64,000 nucleotides of DNA, from the NCBI GenBank assembly GCA_965277715.1, contig OZ255836.1:2368001-2432000 (forward strand). Reading direction: 5' to 3'. The DNA is from Gammaproteobacteria bacterium. Lineage in GTDB: Bacteria > Pseudomonadota > Gammaproteobacteria > JBCCGL01. Under the pieces are notes generated by a model. That model was not told the DNA's origin. It made no database searches and saw only the letters and a list, made by a program, of their open reading frames with translations. This document shows, piece by piece, positions 62,211-64,000 of this stretch. The translations under genes were made by a program, and so were the position numbers. Position 1 is the first letter of the stretch, and the number at the start of each line of letters is the position of its first letter.

Positions 62211-62440
62211 ACTCCATCGACATGCTGCATGATGCGACTGAGGTTAACATCCGGTGTTTCCAGCAGTAGGTGGTAGTGGTTGCCCGTTAGGCAGTAAACT
62301 TCGCCATGAAAAATCGCCTTACGCTCCCGACCACGGTTCATTATGTGGTAGAAGGCGTTTTCGTATTCTATGCGCTGAGGCCTTGGCATCGGTTGGTATT
62401 GGTACAATCTACACTAAATAACTAGCCTGCCCCCTTTTCC
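62207..62440 (-). mobile_element. Divergent Y1/RAYT-like 5' remnant with terminal motif
   Basis: MPRPQRIEYENAFYHIMNRG...YCLTGNHYHLL from ATG 62389; ACTAAATAACTAGCCTGCCCCCTTTTC end. Confidence 0.82.
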
Positions 62441-62642
62441 GCTATTCCAGCAACGACTAACCGTAACTTCGGCTTGTCATAAATGCTTTCCTTGAGCATG
62501 ATACTCCGTAGCTTCGACCAATACTCATCGTTGAGCAATAATCGGGGCATGGCAAACTCGTATTTGTTGTTTTTATCACATCCAATGATACGAGTTTGCC
62601 TTTTGTTTCAAAAGCTTATAGCCAAACGTCAACAGGCCCTAG
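62441..62642 (-). mobile_element. IS5-family 5' remnant
   Basis: End AGGGCCTGTTGACGTTT; MPRLLLNDEYWSKL...IYDKPKLR. Confidence 0.7.
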
Positions 62643-62649
62643 CAAAATA

Positions 62650-62910
62650 ATAAATTAAGGTTAAAGGCAATTTCTTCGCCTGAAAAATAGCCCCTGCTGT
62701 AATGAGTGTTTGATGGTGGCAACGATGGCATTGTTGGAGCTTGCGCTCGGTCAGTTGATAGCCCTTATTGTGACCACAAACTGGACAGATAAACCCATTG
62801 GGCCAGCGCCACTAGTAGAGGGCTAAAAAACACTGTTCCTCTGTACCGTAGGCTTGGATAAAATCACTTAAACTCAGATCTGCTTGGGATTGTACTGTAT
62901 TGCGTGATGC
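62650..62910 (-). mobile_element. IS1595-family transposase remnant (zinc ribbon)
   Basis: LSLSDF...YGTEEQC...*WRWPNGFICPVCG...QCHRCHHQT.ITAG.IF. Confidence 0.8.
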
Positions 62911-63331
62911 GTGATATGAGAAATACCAATAAATTCAAATGGTTGTATTTTATCCTGGCATAGACTTATATTTGCTTCCTTTATTTTATTCGTCTTTCGA
63001 TTAATCGGCGAGTAATACGATAAATACATCTGCTTGGTTGGCACGCTCTACGCAGGTAGGTGTTTTTTTTGAAAAAAAACAACGACAAGCATAAAAATCT
63101 GCTATAAGATTTTTAACAAAATAATAACGCTTAAAAGGCAAAACCACTCAGCACCCAATACCGCGATTGCTTCATTTAAGCATATTGTGCGTCGTAAATA
63201 TCCAGACAAACCCGCTAGGTGTGATGTATAGACGTTGTCTTTAAGCGATAAAAATCACCAAAGCTGAAATAAATTGTATGGTAGGTACTGTAAAAAAGCG
63301 CACCCTATTGCGCTGCAATGGTTTAATAGAC

Positions 63332-63538
63332 CTAAGAGCCTGTCGGGCTCAGGATGGCTTTACTGCGGAAAAGCAGACTTGGCCTTTTTTCGTGCTCCCT
63401 TTTTTGCACACCATTTCATCAAAGAGAACTACTGTCGTCAGGTATATCCCTATACCTAACCCTTTCAGGGCTAATGCGGAAGAACATTCCATACGTTCTT
63501 TTTGTCCTCATGAACAGCTAAACCCGTCAGGTTCTTAG
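63332..63538. repeat. MITE-like family C (~207 bp)
   Basis: CTAAGAGCCTGTCGGG...CCCGTCAGGTTCTTAG inverted ends; related single ends near 33098-33131 and 35022-35048. Confidence 0.6.
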
Positions 63539-63579
63539 CTTCTCCCTGCCCACCTCACCCCACTTATCATAATACGCTA

Positions 63580-64000
63580 ATGACAATGCTAAAAAATTTA
63601 ACCAGCGGAGAGTGGGCTGTTTTAAGGGATCGGTATGTGGTTGGGCGCAATCGGACGGATGTCCATCTGTATATCGGCGATAACGATATTTCCCGTCATC
63701 ATGCCTATCTATTTTGGCAAGATAGCACTTGGCTTTTGCGTGATGTGAGCCGCAACGGTGTCTGGGTAAATAACCAACGGATCAACCCGGTGCAAGCGGT
63801 GGAGCTCAATCCACGTGACGAAATCCGCTTCGGCCAACAAAACGTCAATACCTGGGCACTGCTGGACACAAACGCACCACGGAGCGCTTTGGTGCCGATA
63901 TCACAGGATTGTGCCGTGATCACATTAGATGCATACAATGCCATACCAGCCGGGAATTCGACCCTGGAGATCATACAAGAGTCTTCAAACCGTTGGCTCC
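63580..64000 (+). CDS. FHA-domain protein (partial, runs off window)
   Basis: VVGR, ISRHHA, LRDVSRNGVWVN, EIRFG. Confidence 0.88.
   Translation, partial: MTMLKNLTSGEWAVLRDRYVVGRNRTDVHLYIGDNDISRHHAYLFWQDSTWLLRDVSRNGVWVNNQRINPVQAVELNPRDEIRFGQQNVNTWALLDTNAPRSALVPISQDCAVITLDAYNAIPAGNSTLEIIQESSNRWL

Noticed and set aside
61570-62250. 226-aa ORF as an intact gene
   Set aside because: Chimera of IS66 tnpA and tnpC pieces left by a deletion
61484-63300. Integron integrase upstream of the cassette array
   Set aside because: Only IS66, Y1, IS5 and IS1595 remnants; no tyrosine-recombinase motifs seen

Overview
Gammaproteobacterial chromosomal window; the closer lineage cannot be determined from sequence alone. 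It has a conserved core block (degP-like protease, two-component pair, ntrXY-like, fmt, def, tsaP-like, dprA, topA, tsaC, hemF) plus speB, catalase, uup and pirin, interleaved with accessory DNA. The accessory DNA comprises: (1) 1-5.2 kb, a putative biosynthetic operon (frameshifted aminotransferase, PLP decarboxylase, adenylate-forming enzyme, two paralogous AidA/PixA-like proteins); (2) a phage-free GH108 muramidase plus holin cassette; (3) 30.9-43.8 kb, a defence island (VapBC, HipBA, Rpn nuclease, broken cas6, complete type III-B cmr1-cas10-cmr3-6 operon with no array, cas1/2 or effector in the window), where cas6, cmr and an oleA-like gene sit between the two halves of a 178-bp MITE split at its central palindrome; (4) an HpaB-like/RidA/Rieske/LysR catabolic cluster; (5) 52.2-62.9 kb, a mosaic in which Y1/RAYT-like HUH transposase copies bounded by inverted GACCCCTTT motifs alternate with captured DNA, including gene 3' fragments, a 475-bp duplication and a 7-attC integron cassette array lacking intI, plus IS110/IS66/IS5/IS1595 remnants. 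No rRNA, tRNA or CRISPR array was seen. All calls come from reading motifs by eye; no database searches were run.
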